Counted from the first letter of the stretch, positions 8,665 through 18,534 are shown. The stretch: DNA of 32,000 bases from Candidatus Lokiarchaeum ossiferum (GCA_025839675.1 CP104013.1:4950001-4982000), one strand, 5' to 3'. Program-made: numbers and translations. Notes: generated by a model not told the origin, from the letters alone.

Positions 8665-9072
8665 ATGTCTTCTCAATCAAAATTTGAAATTATTTTTACT
8701 TTTGTTGGAACGGATAGTGTCGTCATCGGGGAAATTATTCGATTTCAAGCACCCCAAACCTTTGAAGCTTTACAAGATAAAACGCGTGAGAAAGGATTCT
8801 ATACGGTAAGAAGTCGCGCCAATATTGGGAGGGTAAAATCCTATTGGATGGTGCTTGTAGATCTTCAACGAGGGGGGGAAAAAAACGAATACAAAGAAAG
8901 TCAAATTGGTGATATTGTCTATTGTCCACGACAAGATGCGATCTATTTAATTTATGACACTCCAACTTTAACTTTGCCCGTCTATTATCTTGGAAAAATA
9001 AAATCGGGCATAGAATCTTTGCCAAACATGCGGAATGGAACTATGGTAAAAATTACGTTTAAAGAAATCTAA
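8665..9072 (+). CDS. Cyclophilin-like (TM1367-like) family protein, function unknown
   Basis: The C-terminal pattern IGDIVYCPRQDAIYLIYD...YYLGKIKSGIESLPNMRNGTMVKITF resembles the IGDVGYWPPGKAL..FFG...IGKI..G.E.L..I..G..V.. pattern of the cyclophilin-like family. This is a by-eye comparison only. Confidence 0.5.
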   Translation: MSSQSKFEIIFTFVGTDSVVIGEIIRFQAPQTFEALQDKTREKGFYTVRSRANIGRVKSYWMVLVDLQRGGEKNEYKESQIGDIVYCPRQDAIYLIYDTPTLTLPVYYLGKIKSGIESLPNMRNGTMVKITFKEI

Positions 9073-9092
9073 AAAAAAGTGTCCAAAATCAA

Positions 9093-11996
9093 TTAAAATA
9101 CAATTTTTTTACGCCTGGCGATATATCTGATGATCTCAAAGCCAAGTAAGGCGGGTAGGCAGAGACCAAGGCAAATAAGCCAATCTGTGAAATTCAGAAA
9201 CATGAAATTACAATTGATTGTAGTTCCAATGTTACTTCCTATTAGTTCTTGAATTCCGGGGCTGTAAATCATGATCACTAAAATCACAATCGAGAGAAGA
9301 TAGAACGAAAATTCTCGAAGGAATTTAATATCTTTTAATGAATCAATTATGGAATGGTTTATTCTTCGGATTTGCAAAGGCATTATTAGCGATTCTGTAA
9401 TAAACAAGACTACCAATGCCATTGTACGAGCTTTTATTTTTGGAATTGATGGATTGACTTCTATTTGGGATCCATTATATCCGATTATACTATTGATTCC
9501 ATCTATTCCAATTTTTTCATTTAAAGTCAAATAATATGCGAGAACTATTCCTAATCCGAGTAATATAATTTGAATGAAAATCAAGCCAAATAATTTTTTT
9601 CCAATAATTTCAGCAGAATCTCGTGGTTTTTCGTTCATAATGTCTTTTGAAATCGTACTAAAGGTAAAACCTAGGGATGGAAATGCATGGGCCGTAACAT
9701 ATAGAATGTTCAGTTGCCCATAATCCCACATTTGAAATTCTGGATCGTTAAATAGCAGCGTACTTGAGAATAAAATGATGGCTTCCATTACCGATACAAG
9801 AATAAAGAAATAAATTATCATCCGGATCTTCATAAATAATCCTCGACCTTCGCGAATACCCGTAACAATAGTGCTAAAGGAATCATCTGTGATTATCATA
9901 TCTGCGGCTTCTTTCGCCACTTCGGTACCTTGGATTCCCATGGCTAAACCACAATCTGCCATTGATAGCGCTAGGGCATCATTCACCCCATCTCCGCTCA
10001 TTGAAACAATCTTGTTCTTTGCTTGATAGCGGCTTACAATGATTTGTTTATGGTCAGGAGATACACGTCCATACACTGTTGTTTTGAGAAAATCAGTGTC
10101 AGAAAGAGTTTCTATATCTATCCCTTCTTTAGCTAAGTTTATATTTTCTTGATAAATTCCAAGCTGTTTTCCAATTGCCTTAGCGGTTGAAATATTATCA
10201 CCCGTAATCATAATTGGAGTGATGCTTGCACTTTTACATTCTTCTATCGCTTGAAATACATCATCGCGAGGAGGATCTAAAATTACCACAAATCCAAGAT
10301 AAATGAGGTTTTTTTCAAAATTTTCTCTTGCATCTTCCACTTCAAGCATATTATAGGTCGTATCCGAAGGTAAAGTGCGGGATGTTATACTTAAGATCCG
10401 ATATCCCTCGGAAGCATATTTATTCATGTTGGACATTATGGTTTTATGCATATCTTCAGTCAAATCGATGACTTTCCCATCGATTTGAATTCGAGTGCAT
10501 AAAGGTAAAATCCATTCTGTGGCTCCTTTGCAATAAAGCGTCATGGTATTATTTTTTTGAAAAACTTTACTCATTCGCTTAATTGCAGAATCAAAATTGA
10601 ATTCATAAATAAATTGATGATCCTCAATTAGCATATCTACATTTGGGTCATATTTCTTCGCCACAACTTTTAACGCAGCTTCCGTTGGGAGACCAATTAT
10701 TGACCAGTTAGATCGCGTTATATTTTTCCGCAGCGTTTTAACTTTTTCTTCTTTCAGAATACAATTATTGTTCAAATACCCTGAAAGAATTAAAGATTCT
10801 AAATCTTGATTTTTGACGGCAATTTTTTCTGCTTCATTTGTCCCGATAACACCTGCAACATCATATCCATACCCAGATACTGAATATTCTTGAGTAGGGG
10901 TCCAGATCTTTTCAACTGTCATTTCATTTTTTGTTAAAGTTCCTGTTTTATCAGAACAGACTACTGAAACTCTCCCCAAACTCTCGGTGCGTGAAATCTC
11001 TCTAACAATGACTCCTTTTTGGGCCATTGCCAAAACCCCTGTGAGTAATACGATCGTCGTTAATACTGGGAGGTTTATGGGCATAACTTTCATTCCTAAA
11101 TCAATTGAATTTACCAAAACCTGATTTACAGTTAATCCTTCGGGCAAACCTCCGTTGGCTGAATAGTAAATGAATTTAAAAATTACTGATGAAATTAACA
11201 AGATCAGAACACCAATTCCCAAAACGATGGCGATATGATTCATTTTTTTCCGAAGTGGGATGTCTCCTGTCGAACTTTCTTCCAGTTTGACCGAGATCTT
11301 CCCAATCTCTGTGGATGAACCGATTTGCACGACAATTGCTTTGCATTGACCTGCCGATATATAGGTTCCCAAAAACAACATATTTTTCTGCTCTTGTAAA
11401 GAAAGTTCTGACCTATCAATTCGATCTCGCGTGGAATTTTTCTTGACGGGATCCGATTCTCCGGTTAAACTCGCTTCATCAACGGACAAATTCATACTTG
11501 AAACAATCCGACAATCCGCTGGAACTTTATCTCCTTGATTAAGAACTATAAGATCGCCCTTAACAATTTGATTTGTGGATAAAACTTCTTCTTTCCCGTT
11601 TCGAATCACAGTAGCTGTCGCTTCACTTAGTTTCTTTAGGGCTTCCATTTGTTTTTCTGCGCGAAACTGCTGTACAATTGCAACTAATGCATTAGCTCCT
11701 AATATTAGAAAAGTTGGTGCCGTTCTGGCTGCAGCTCCTAATATTAACATGAAAACCGCGCTAACTAAATAGATGATAATCAGCAAGTTGATGATCGGGG
11801 CAAGAAAAACTTTAAAGAAAGATCTCTTTACCTTCTTTAACTCATTTGGACCATAGATTTCTAAAGATTTATTTGCTTGCTCTGTAGATAATCCAGTCTC
11901 AATATTAACCTCCAATTCCTTGATAATGTCTTCAAAAGGTTTTTGATAATAATTATCTAAGGCATTTTCAGTCGGGGGGATTGTTACCGTACTCAT
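9093..11996 (-). CDS. P-type cation-transporting ATPase, P2-like
   Basis: LTGESDPV, the phosphorylation site VCSDKTGTLTKNEMTV, MITGDNISTAKAIG and GDGVNDALAL are present, with ~10 hydrophobic segments. An SD-like GGAGAG lies upstream of the ATG. The M4 motif reads PINLP rather than PEGLP. Confidence 0.9.
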   Translation of the reverse strand: MSTVTIPPTENALDNYYQKPFEDIIKELEVNIETGLSTEQANKSLEIYGPNELKKVKRSFFKVFLAPIINLLIIIYLVSAVFMLILGAAARTAPTFLILGANALVAIVQQFRAEKQMEALKKLSEATATVIRNGKEEVLSTNQIVKGDLIVLNQGDKVPADCRIVSSMNLSVDEASLTGESDPVKKNSTRDRIDRSELSLQEQKNMLFLGTYISAGQCKAIVVQIGSSTEIGKISVKLEESSTGDIPLRKKMNHIAIVLGIGVLILLISSVIFKFIYYSANGGLPEGLTVNQVLVNSIDLGMKVMPINLPVLTTIVLLTGVLAMAQKGVIVREISRTESLGRVSVVCSDKTGTLTKNEMTVEKIWTPTQEYSVSGYGYDVAGVIGTNEAEKIAVKNQDLESLILSGYLNNNCILKEEKVKTLRKNITRSNWSIIGLPTEAALKVVAKKYDPNVDMLIEDHQFIYEFNFDSAIKRMSKVFQKNNTMTLYCKGATEWILPLCTRIQIDGKVIDLTEDMHKTIMSNMNKYASEGYRILSITSRTLPSDTTYNMLEVEDARENFEKNLIYLGFVVILDPPRDDVFQAIEECKSASITPIMITGDNISTAKAIGKQLGIYQENINLAKEGIDIETLSDTDFLKTTVYGRVSPDHKQIIVSRYQAKNKIVSMSGDGVNDALALSMADCGLAMGIQGTEVAKEAADMIITDDSFSTIVTGIREGRGLFMKIRMIIYFFILVSVMEAIILFSSTLLFNDPEFQMWDYGQLNILYVTAHAFPSLGFTFSTISKDIMNEKPRDSAEIIGKKLFGLIFIQIILLGLGIVLAYYLTLNEKIGIDGINSIIGYNGSQIEVNPSIPKIKARTMALVVLFITESLIMPLQIRRINHSIIDSLKDIKFLREFSFYLLSIVILVIMIYSPGIQELIGSNIGTTINCNFMFLNFTDWLICLGLCLPALLGFEIIRYIARRKKIVF

Positions 11997-12146
11997 TTAA
12001 TTCTCTCCAAAATATCTGAATTGTCGAATTTCACTTTAGTATAAATAATGATATTAGGAACAATGCTATATAATTATCGTTTTAACACGATCCTTTTCGA
12101 TAATCAAAATCGTATCAAAAATTAGAGGGAATTTTGGTGAAAATCA

Positions 12147-12572
12147 TTAGTTATAGTCAATTATTTTCTTCTTAATAGCAGAAGAGCTGGTGAGCGGATA
12201 ATCTGTATAGAATTGCTCCAATCGTCTGACTTGTATATGGCTTGCATTATTTTTTTGGAGCATCTGTTCAAGAGAATCAATGTGAATTCGTTGATTTGGT
12301 CCAAGAAGGATGATGTTGGGTTCCAAATCTAGTGCTTTTCGAATAAAATTATTATTTTCATTCCCCAATTGAGCAAAAGTAACATATTTAATTGCTTGAA
12401 TTACAGCTAATCTTTGTTCCTCGGGAATTGTTGGATTTTTCTTTTTGTATTTCTTGATTGTTGAATCTCGCGCTACAATAACATAGACCTCGCCTAATTT
12501 TGCGCCTTCTTTCAATAAAAAGATATGTCCTGGATGAATTATGTCAAAACAACCTGTGATTAGCACTCTCAT
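12147..12572 (-). CDS. ribL: FAD synthase (FMN adenylyltransferase), archaeal RibL type
   Basis: The cytidylyltransferase-like sequence TGCFDIIHPGHIFLLKEGAKLGEVYVIVARDSTIKK...PTIPEEQR is colinear with M. jannaschii RibL as I recall it. Confidence 0.8.
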   Translation of the reverse strand: MRVLITGCFDIIHPGHIFLLKEGAKLGEVYVIVARDSTIKKYKKKNPTIPEEQRLAVIQAIKYVTFAQLGNENNNFIRKALDLEPNIILLGPNQRIHIDSLEQMLQKNNASHIQVRRLEQFYTDYPLTSSSAIKKKIIDYN

Positions 12573-12928
12573 TATTAATTCTCAACTATTTTTCCTTCAA
12601 TGTGAAGTCTACTTGAACTATATAATCGCCGATTTCATTTAACCATATTGGGTAGACTTTTTGTTAATCGGTTAATCAACATAAAAATCATGAGGATAAT
12701 CAGAGAAGATTTAGTAAATCAAAATAAAGAAATATGTTATTTTCATAAGAAAAATCTTGTTAATTATGGTTTTCAATTGTATAAATATAGAATTTTGAAG
12801 ATTTTGAGTTTAATCCCTATTCTCCTCTGATTACAAAATCATGATAAAATTATTTAAAATTAAAGAACCTTTGGGTTAAAGTAGAAGTGAAATAAAAATA
12901 TTTTTCAGTAAATCCCAAGATTTCGCTT

Positions 12929-12942
12929 GAAAAGCTTTATTT
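12929..12942 (+). promoter_or_regulatory. Putative BRE/TATA element for the transketolase-like gene
   Basis: GAAAAG followed by CTTTATTT is centred ~41 nt upstream of ATG 12980. An SD-like GAGGA at 12968-12972 lies 7 nt before that ATG. The TATA would overlap the alternative ATG at 12944, which argues for the 12980 start. Confidence 0.3.
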
Positions 12943-12979
12943 CATGCATTATATGTTCCTAATTCTTGAGGAAAAGAAT

Positions 12980-14947
12980 ATGCCTTCAGTACAAAAATTT
13001 CCCATTGACATGAGCGGGTATAAACCCGTAATTTTGGATTTATCACAACCTGATTTATCAAACGATGAAGTTAATCAACTTGAAAAAAATGTACAATTGG
13101 CTCGCGATGCCATCATTTTCTTTACTGCTTATGCTGGAGTAAAGCGGCTGGGTGGTCATACTGGTGGAGCCTATGATATTGTTCCTGAAATGTTAATTGC
13201 AGATAGTTTAAAGATAGGAAGAAACAAAATCCATCCTGTTATTTTTGACGAAGCAGGACATCGGGTAGCTGTGCACTATTTACTCGCCGCTTTAAATGGC
13301 TTTATGCCTCTTGAAGATTTACTTCACTACCGCCAAGCTTACTGTTGGCTTCCAGGCCATCCTGAAAAAGGATACACTCCAGGGATTGAGTTTAGTTCTG
13401 GGAGATTAGGACATATGTGGTCCTTTGTTAACGGCGTTGCTCTGGCTAATCCGACTCAGAAAATACTCATGATGGGCAGCGATGGATCCCAACAAGAAGG
13501 TACTAATGCTGAAGCTGCTCGATTTGCAGTCACCAATAACCTTGAAGTGAAATTATTCATCGATGATAATGATATGACCATAGCGGGACATCCTAGCAAT
13601 TATTTAGCAGGATATAATATTGATAGAACCCTAAAAGGCCATGGGATGTCTTCGGAAGTATGTGAAGATCCAGAAAATATCCGATTGCTCTATCGACATA
13701 TGGTGCGTTGTATTACTACTAAGGGGCCGGCTGCTGTTGTGTGTAAAAGAAAGATGGCACAAGGCATCCCTGGAATTGAAGATACTTCCAAGGGTCATGA
13801 TGTTATTCCAGAAGAAGCTGCTATTGCCTATTTGACAAAGCGAGGATATACTAAAGCAGTGGAAATGATTCAAAATGCCGAAAAGGAAAAAGCAATCTTC
13901 GATTATTTAGGGTCTACAAAAGAATTTCGTAAACCTCGGGATAAATTCGGAAAAGTAGTGTGTGAGATTCTTGGAAAAATGACCTTAAAAGAACGGTTAC
14001 ATAAAGTTCGTGTAATTGATAATGATTTGCTCGGGTCATGTGGGCTTCATTTTGTAAAAAATGAGTTTCCTGAAGTGTTCATTTCTGGTGGAATTATGGA
14101 GCGGAATAATTATACCGTCGCGGCAGGGTTCGGATCCACTCCTGGACGCCAGGGAATAACTGCGACATTTTCGGCCTTTTTAGAGATGCTTCCGTCAGAA
14201 ATAACCATGGCGCGATATAATGATGCAAATGTTCTCGCTCACTTTTCCCATGCTGGAGTGGATTGGATGGCTGATAACAATTGTCACTTTGGTATTAATA
14301 ATTTCTTTGCCGACAATGGGATTGCGGAAAAAGATACCACTCGACTTTATTTTCCAGCCGACTATCATCAAATGGGGGCGATTGTAAAAGAAGTGTTTAA
14401 CGATCCTGGTTTGCGTTTTGTCTTTTCAACACGATCCCCTTCTCCTTTTATCTTGGATGAGAATGGAAATCGATTCTTTGATATAAAGAATGGTTATAAG
14501 TTCAAACCTAAAAAAGATGAATTAATCCGAGAAGGGACGGATGGGTATATTGTTGCTTATGGTGAAATGCTTCATCGATGTTTGGATGTTGTTGAATCGC
14601 TGAAAAAGGAAGGTAAATACGTGGGATTGATTAATAAACCGACGCTTAATAAAGCTGACAAAGCCATGATGGCGAAAATCGGGGAAGCTCCATTTATTTT
14701 GGTGGTTGAAAGCCAAAACTATAAAACAGGCCTTGGGGCTCGGTTCGGGACTTGGTTGCTTGAATCAGGTTATTCTCCTGTTTATCAACATCTTGGGGTT
14801 ACAAAATTGGGTGTGACTGGTCTTTGGGAACAAATTGACCATCAAGGCTTGGATCCTTACAATATTGCAAAAGTTACCCGAAGATTAGTATTAAATACCA
14901 AGAAAGGCAAGGGCAAAGATCTCACCCAATGGTTAAAAAATGAGTAA
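12980..14947 (+). CDS. Transketolase-family protein, N and C halves fused, divergent
   Basis: GGHTGGAYD, LPGHPE and the ThDP motif region GSDGSQQEGTNAEAARFAVTNNLEVKLFIDDNDMTIAG (GDG...N pattern) are present. The Pyr-domain sequence GIMERNNYTVAAGFG...FSHAGVDWMADNNCHFG aligns to THDS..GEDGPTHQ with substitutions. Confidence 0.75.
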   Translation: MPSVQKFPIDMSGYKPVILDLSQPDLSNDEVNQLEKNVQLARDAIIFFTAYAGVKRLGGHTGGAYDIVPEMLIADSLKIGRNKIHPVIFDEAGHRVAVHYLLAALNGFMPLEDLLHYRQAYCWLPGHPEKGYTPGIEFSSGRLGHMWSFVNGVALANPTQKILMMGSDGSQQEGTNAEAARFAVTNNLEVKLFIDDNDMTIAGHPSNYLAGYNIDRTLKGHGMSSEVCEDPENIRLLYRHMVRCITTKGPAAVVCKRKMAQGIPGIEDTSKGHDVIPEEAAIAYLTKRGYTKAVEMIQNAEKEKAIFDYLGSTKEFRKPRDKFGKVVCEILGKMTLKERLHKVRVIDNDLLGSCGLHFVKNEFPEVFISGGIMERNNYTVAAGFGSTPGRQGITATFSAFLEMLPSEITMARYNDANVLAHFSHAGVDWMADNNCHFGINNFFADNGIAEKDTTRLYFPADYHQMGAIVKEVFNDPGLRFVFSTRSPSPFILDENGNRFFDIKNGYKFKPKKDELIREGTDGYIVAYGEMLHRCLDVVESLKKEGKYVGLINKPTLNKADKAMMAKIGEAPFILVVESQNYKTGLGARFGTWLLESGYSPVYQHLGVTKLGVTGLWEQIDHQGLDPYNIAKVTRRLVLNTKKGKGKDLTQWLKNE

Positions 14948-14972
14948 GGTGGATTTTTCACCGTTTTTTTTT
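14948..14972 (+). terminator. Hairpin plus T9 terminator-like element after the transketolase gene
   Basis: GGTG-GATTTTT-CACC followed by G and nine T residues, immediately after the TAA stop. Confidence 0.45.
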
Positions 14973-15012
14973 AATAAATTTAAACTTTTTACCTCTTTTT
15001 TGTATCCCATTC

Positions 15013-16110
15013 TCAGCTAAATAATTCAATGTGATTTTGGGTCCAAACTATTAAATTTTTGAGTCCCTTAAGTGCGTCTATTTGAGGTTGCCAGGAAAAT
15101 GCCTTGGAAACTTTAGAAATATCCGTTACATAATATTTTTGATCGGCCGGACGCCAGATTTGAGATGAAAGCATGATTTTTTTACCCAATTGGTCTTCTA
15201 TTATATCAATAAGTTCTAGAAGTGAGATGGTATTTTCTTTTCCCCCTCCAACATTGAAAACTTTGTTTGCTTCTTGATCTAAGAACTCTTGAGATTCCGA
15301 ATTTTCCATTTTTTGAAGGTATGTCATTACCAAATCCACTAAATCGTCAATATATAAAATATCACGAACCTGCTTTCCATTTCCATAAATGGTGATTTCT
15401 TTATTTAGGAGCGCTTGGATAACAAAATGAGATACCCACCCTTGTTCCTCAAATCCAAATTGTCTATCTCCATAAATGCATGAAAGACGGAAAACACACG
15501 TATCCATATTATAGAGTTTTCCATATTCTTGGACATATAAATCTCCTGTTAATTTTGAAATGCCATAGGGGGTGTGTTTTGTTTGATCTATCGAACTATT
15601 TTCGGCGATCCCCATCGTTTTTGGATTACTTGGAAAGTATCGTAAATCTCCTTCAGTCAAAGATACATTATTTGGAGCTGTTCCATACACCTTATTGGTT
15701 GAAAAATAAATGAACGTAGTTCTGTTCAAACTTTGACGACAACACTCCAAAATATTAAACAAACCTATTACGTTATTTTGAAAATCAAATTCTGGATTTG
15801 AGATGGAATCAATCGCTGAAGTCTGCCCTGCTGCATGGATAACTATGGATGGTTGAATTTCCGCAAAAATTTGCTGAAGAGTCTCCTTGTTACGAATATC
15901 TTTCACATAAATTCTAATTGAAGGATATTTTTCTTGAATTAAATTTCGAGTAAAAAATTTGGTCTTCTCTTTGTTATTATTTTGGGGTGAAGTTGGCCGA
16001 GATAAATTATCTATAATGGAAACTCGATATCCTTGTTGAATTGCTTCTATAGCTATGTGGGATCCGATAAATCCTAATCCTCCGGTTATTAATATCGATT
16101 TTTGATTCAT
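15013..16110 (-). CDS. NAD-dependent sugar-nucleotide epimerase/dehydratase (extended SDR; CDP-paratose-2-epimerase-like)
   Basis: The Rossmann motif ILITGGLGFIGSHIA, the catalytic YGISK (YxxxK) and GWVSHFV...YGNGKQVRDILYIDDLV are present. Confidence 0.8.
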   Translation of the reverse strand: MNQKSILITGGLGFIGSHIAIEAIQQGYRVSIIDNLSRPTSPQNNNKEKTKFFTRNLIQEKYPSIRIYVKDIRNKETLQQIFAEIQPSIVIHAAGQTSAIDSISNPEFDFQNNVIGLFNILECCRQSLNRTTFIYFSTNKVYGTAPNNVSLTEGDLRYFPSNPKTMGIAENSSIDQTKHTPYGISKLTGDLYVQEYGKLYNMDTCVFRLSCIYGDRQFGFEEQGWVSHFVIQALLNKEITIYGNGKQVRDILYIDDLVDLVMTYLQKMENSESQEFLDQEANKVFNVGGGKENTISLLELIDIIEDQLGKKIMLSSQIWRPADQKYYVTDISKVSKAFSWQPQIDALKGLKNLIVWTQNHIELFS

Positions 16111-16120
16111 AATACCATCT

Positions 16121-16768
16121 TTATAATTTGCTTACTTCATCTTTTTGAGATAATCTCAAATTTGAATTTAACTTGATAATATTTATTGAAACGGTTACAT
16201 CTCCTTCAGTTTTAGCTAAAATATTCCGCGCCATATCCGTTTTTTTCCGTAATCCTGGAACAAGACCATTAGGATAATCAAGTGTAAATAAATATGAATA
16301 AATTTCATCCATGTGAGACAATCCCCATAAGGCCTTTGAGAGATTTTCGTTTCTTATACAATTCAATACATAGCGACGTAATTCACCTACAACATCTGCT
16401 AATGCAAACGCATAGTCGGTTAATTCGATGCTACACTCTTCTGGTTTTGGAAAACTATCGTTAACTACGAGATTGTACAAAATTACTGCTTCTCCAAATT
16501 CCTGTTTCACAATTTGGATATAATCTTTGGAAAATGATGCGGGGGCGTCATCGAGCAATTGTTGCATAACAAGTAAGTTTTTTCTGGCTTTTTCGATTTT
16601 TGCAGGGATTGAGGAAATTTCTCCCCGATGTACATTTTTAATAATTTCACTGCACCATCGTACCGTTTGGCGTTGGATAGGTAAGAGTTTTTCACGAATG
16701 AGATCCATGGCATCAAGATGCTCTCGTAAATGTACGAATATGGGTTTTAACGGATGATTTTGTTCCAT
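16121..16768 (-). CDS. Translin family protein
   Basis: QEFGEAVILYNL, YAFALADVVGELRRYVLN, MDEIYSYL and LRKKTDMARNILAKTEGD follow the translin/TRAX family block order. A strong SD (GGGAGGAA) lies upstream. Confidence 0.8.
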   Translation of the reverse strand: MEQNHPLKPIFVHLREHLDAMDLIREKLLPIQRQTVRWCSEIIKNVHRGEISSIPAKIEKARKNLLVMQQLLDDAPASFSKDYIQIVKQEFGEAVILYNLVVNDSFPKPEECSIELTDYAFALADVVGELRRYVLNCIRNENLSKALWGLSHMDEIYSYLFTLDYPNGLVPGLRKKTDMARNILAKTEGDVTVSINIIKLNSNLRLSQKDEVSKL

Positions 16769-16898
16769 AATTATTCCTCCCTTTCATTTAGCTTCTATGA
16801 AAATGAGTATCATTGGTTTAAAAGCGTGCTTCCCAAAAAAATTAATTATCCAAGTATGAAATTTTAAAGACTGCTCCTCCTTCTAGATCCTTAAGAAA

Positions 16899-17552
16899 AT
16901 GTTGGTTGCCCCCTCCATATTAGCCGCAGACTTCAGTAAATTAGGCCAAGAAATCCGTGATGTTGATCAAGCCGGTGCCGATTGGATCCATTTAGATGTC
17001 ATGGATGGACAATTTGTCCAAAATTTGACTTTTGGTGCTCCGATTATCAAAAAAGTGCGTTCTTGCACTTCTAAGATTTTTGATGTCCATTTAATGATTG
17101 TGAATCCGGAAAACCTCCTTGATTCGTTTCTGGACGCTGGAGCTGATTTAATCACTGTTCATTATGAAGCCACATCCAAATTGGATGACATTATTTCCCG
17201 TGTGAAAGCAGCGGGGAAAAAAATTGGCATATCCCTAAAACCGAATTCTCCTGTCGATGTGTTGGATCCCTATCTTGATCAAATTGATCTAATTCTTATA
17301 ATGTCCGTCGAACCTGGTTGGGGAGGGCAATCGTTTATGGAATCAATGTTAGACAAAGTGTCCTATCTTTCTTCGCTTAGAAATAAAAATCCCTCAAAAT
17401 TTCATTTTCAAATTCAGATGGATGGAGGAATAAAAGATTCAAATATTGAAAGGGTTAAAAAAGCCGGTTGTGATGTGGTGGTGGCTGGTTCTTATGTGTT
17501 CAAGTGTGAAGATTATTCCATTCCCATCGGTATTTTACATGAAAATTCCTAA
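16899..17552 (+). CDS. rpe: Ribulose-phosphate 3-epimerase
   Basis: APSILAADFSKLGQEI...GADWIHLDVMDGQFVQNLTFG...VHLMI...MSVEPGWGGQSF...DGGI is the canonical Rpe pattern. Confidence 0.92.
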   Translation: MLVAPSILAADFSKLGQEIRDVDQAGADWIHLDVMDGQFVQNLTFGAPIIKKVRSCTSKIFDVHLMIVNPENLLDSFLDAGADLITVHYEATSKLDDIISRVKAAGKKIGISLKPNSPVDVLDPYLDQIDLILIMSVEPGWGGQSFMESMLDKVSYLSSLRNKNPSKFHFQIQMDGGIKDSNIERVKKAGCDVVVAGSYVFKCEDYSIPIGILHENS

Positions 17553-17666
17553 ATATTAAAAATCAAGTGTAATTTAATCTCAAGTTCCATCTATAAATAG
17601 GGATCGATCCAACAAGAATCTTAAAAACATTTTAATAAACATTTTTGTTTTTAATAAATAAAGATC

Positions 17667-18458
17667 ATGAAATCAAAAAGAAGAAATGTTAAAAAACAGA
17701 TTTACTGGATACTCTTGGTTAGTATCTTTATTGTCAATTTTTTTCCATCCATTTCATGCATTGAGAATTTAAATTATAACTACAGACCTGATGGACACTA
17801 TCAAACACCTTTCCAGAAAATAATCTTAAATAATTCTATTGATAATTTTACTTATTCTGATGATTGTTTATACTCTTTTTCTCGAGAAAACCCATTAAAT
17901 CATACCTCTGCATTGATAATAAAGAATGAAGTAACTGATGAAGAAATCATCACCACATCCTACCCTTGGAATTATTCCATTTATGGTGTTGATTATGGAG
18001 ATCCTGATTCGCATTATTTTGGTTATAGTTCTGATCCCTCAACTTCTATTGGCTGGTATTTTGAAGAACGCTCCAGCTTTAAAACTCACGACATTAACGG
18101 TATGCTAGTATTGGGTGTTGAATTTTATTTTTATGTGGTAAATCTCACAAATGGATTAAGATTGTGGTGGTCAGTGGATATTGGAAGGGGAGATGATCAG
18201 ATTGTCTATTATAATCAAAATTCAACTGATTCATTGGCAAAATTCTTTTTTTATGATAATAATTGCCATGAAATCATCATATTTTCTTTAGAACTTCTTG
18301 GTGAAGGTGAGTATCATCCTCCCAAATACTTTGGATGGCAATATACATTTAAAATACGGCTAGAAATACTTTCTTCAATAATGGGGGTAAGTTTAGGGTA
18401 TTCTATCTTGAACATAATTATTAGGAAGAAAAAAGGAAGCAAACTCGTTATTAATTAA
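17667..18458 (+). CDS. Hypothetical surface/membrane protein (N-terminal signal-anchor, C-terminal TM plus basic tail)
   Basis: MKSKRRNVKKQIYWILLVSIFIVNFF at the N-terminus, and LSSIMGVSLGYSILNIIIRKKKG at the C-terminus. There are six N-x-S/T sequons. I recognise no family. Confidence 0.5.
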   Translation: MKSKRRNVKKQIYWILLVSIFIVNFFPSISCIENLNYNYRPDGHYQTPFQKIILNNSIDNFTYSDDCLYSFSRENPLNHTSALIIKNEVTDEEIITTSYPWNYSIYGVDYGDPDSHYFGYSSDPSTSIGWYFEERSSFKTHDINGMLVLGVEFYFYVVNLTNGLRLWWSVDIGRGDDQIVYYNQNSTDSLAKFFFYDNNCHEIIIFSLELLGEGEYHPPKYFGWQYTFKIRLEILSSIMGVSLGYSILNIIIRKKKGSKLVIN

Positions 18459-18534
18459 TTTTTATAAACAATTAATAATTTAGCCTTTTACAGTACATAA
18501 AAATTCTCGAAGGTTGGGTTTTTACCAAAAGGTC

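Noticed and set aside
12573-12979. The largest non-coding gap in the window (~400 bp), between RibL and the transketolase-like gene. I considered a TPP or FMN riboswitch, an sRNA, or the 60-aa TTG ORF at 12648-12830.
   Set aside because: I found no TPP-riboswitch core (CUGAGA ... ACCUGAUCUGGAUAAUGCCAGCG-like) and no FMN-element-like conserved stems. There is no GC-rich structured island. The TTG ORF is low-complexity (Ile/Leu/Asn/Lys) without an SD. The region is probably just two divergent promoters. A covariance-model scan (Rfam) would settle it.
18181-18200. An RGD tripeptide (DIGRGDDQ) in the orphan surface protein, considered as an integrin-binding-like motif.
   Set aside because: A three-residue motif is expected by chance, and there is no integrin-like context. 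It is not evidence of function.
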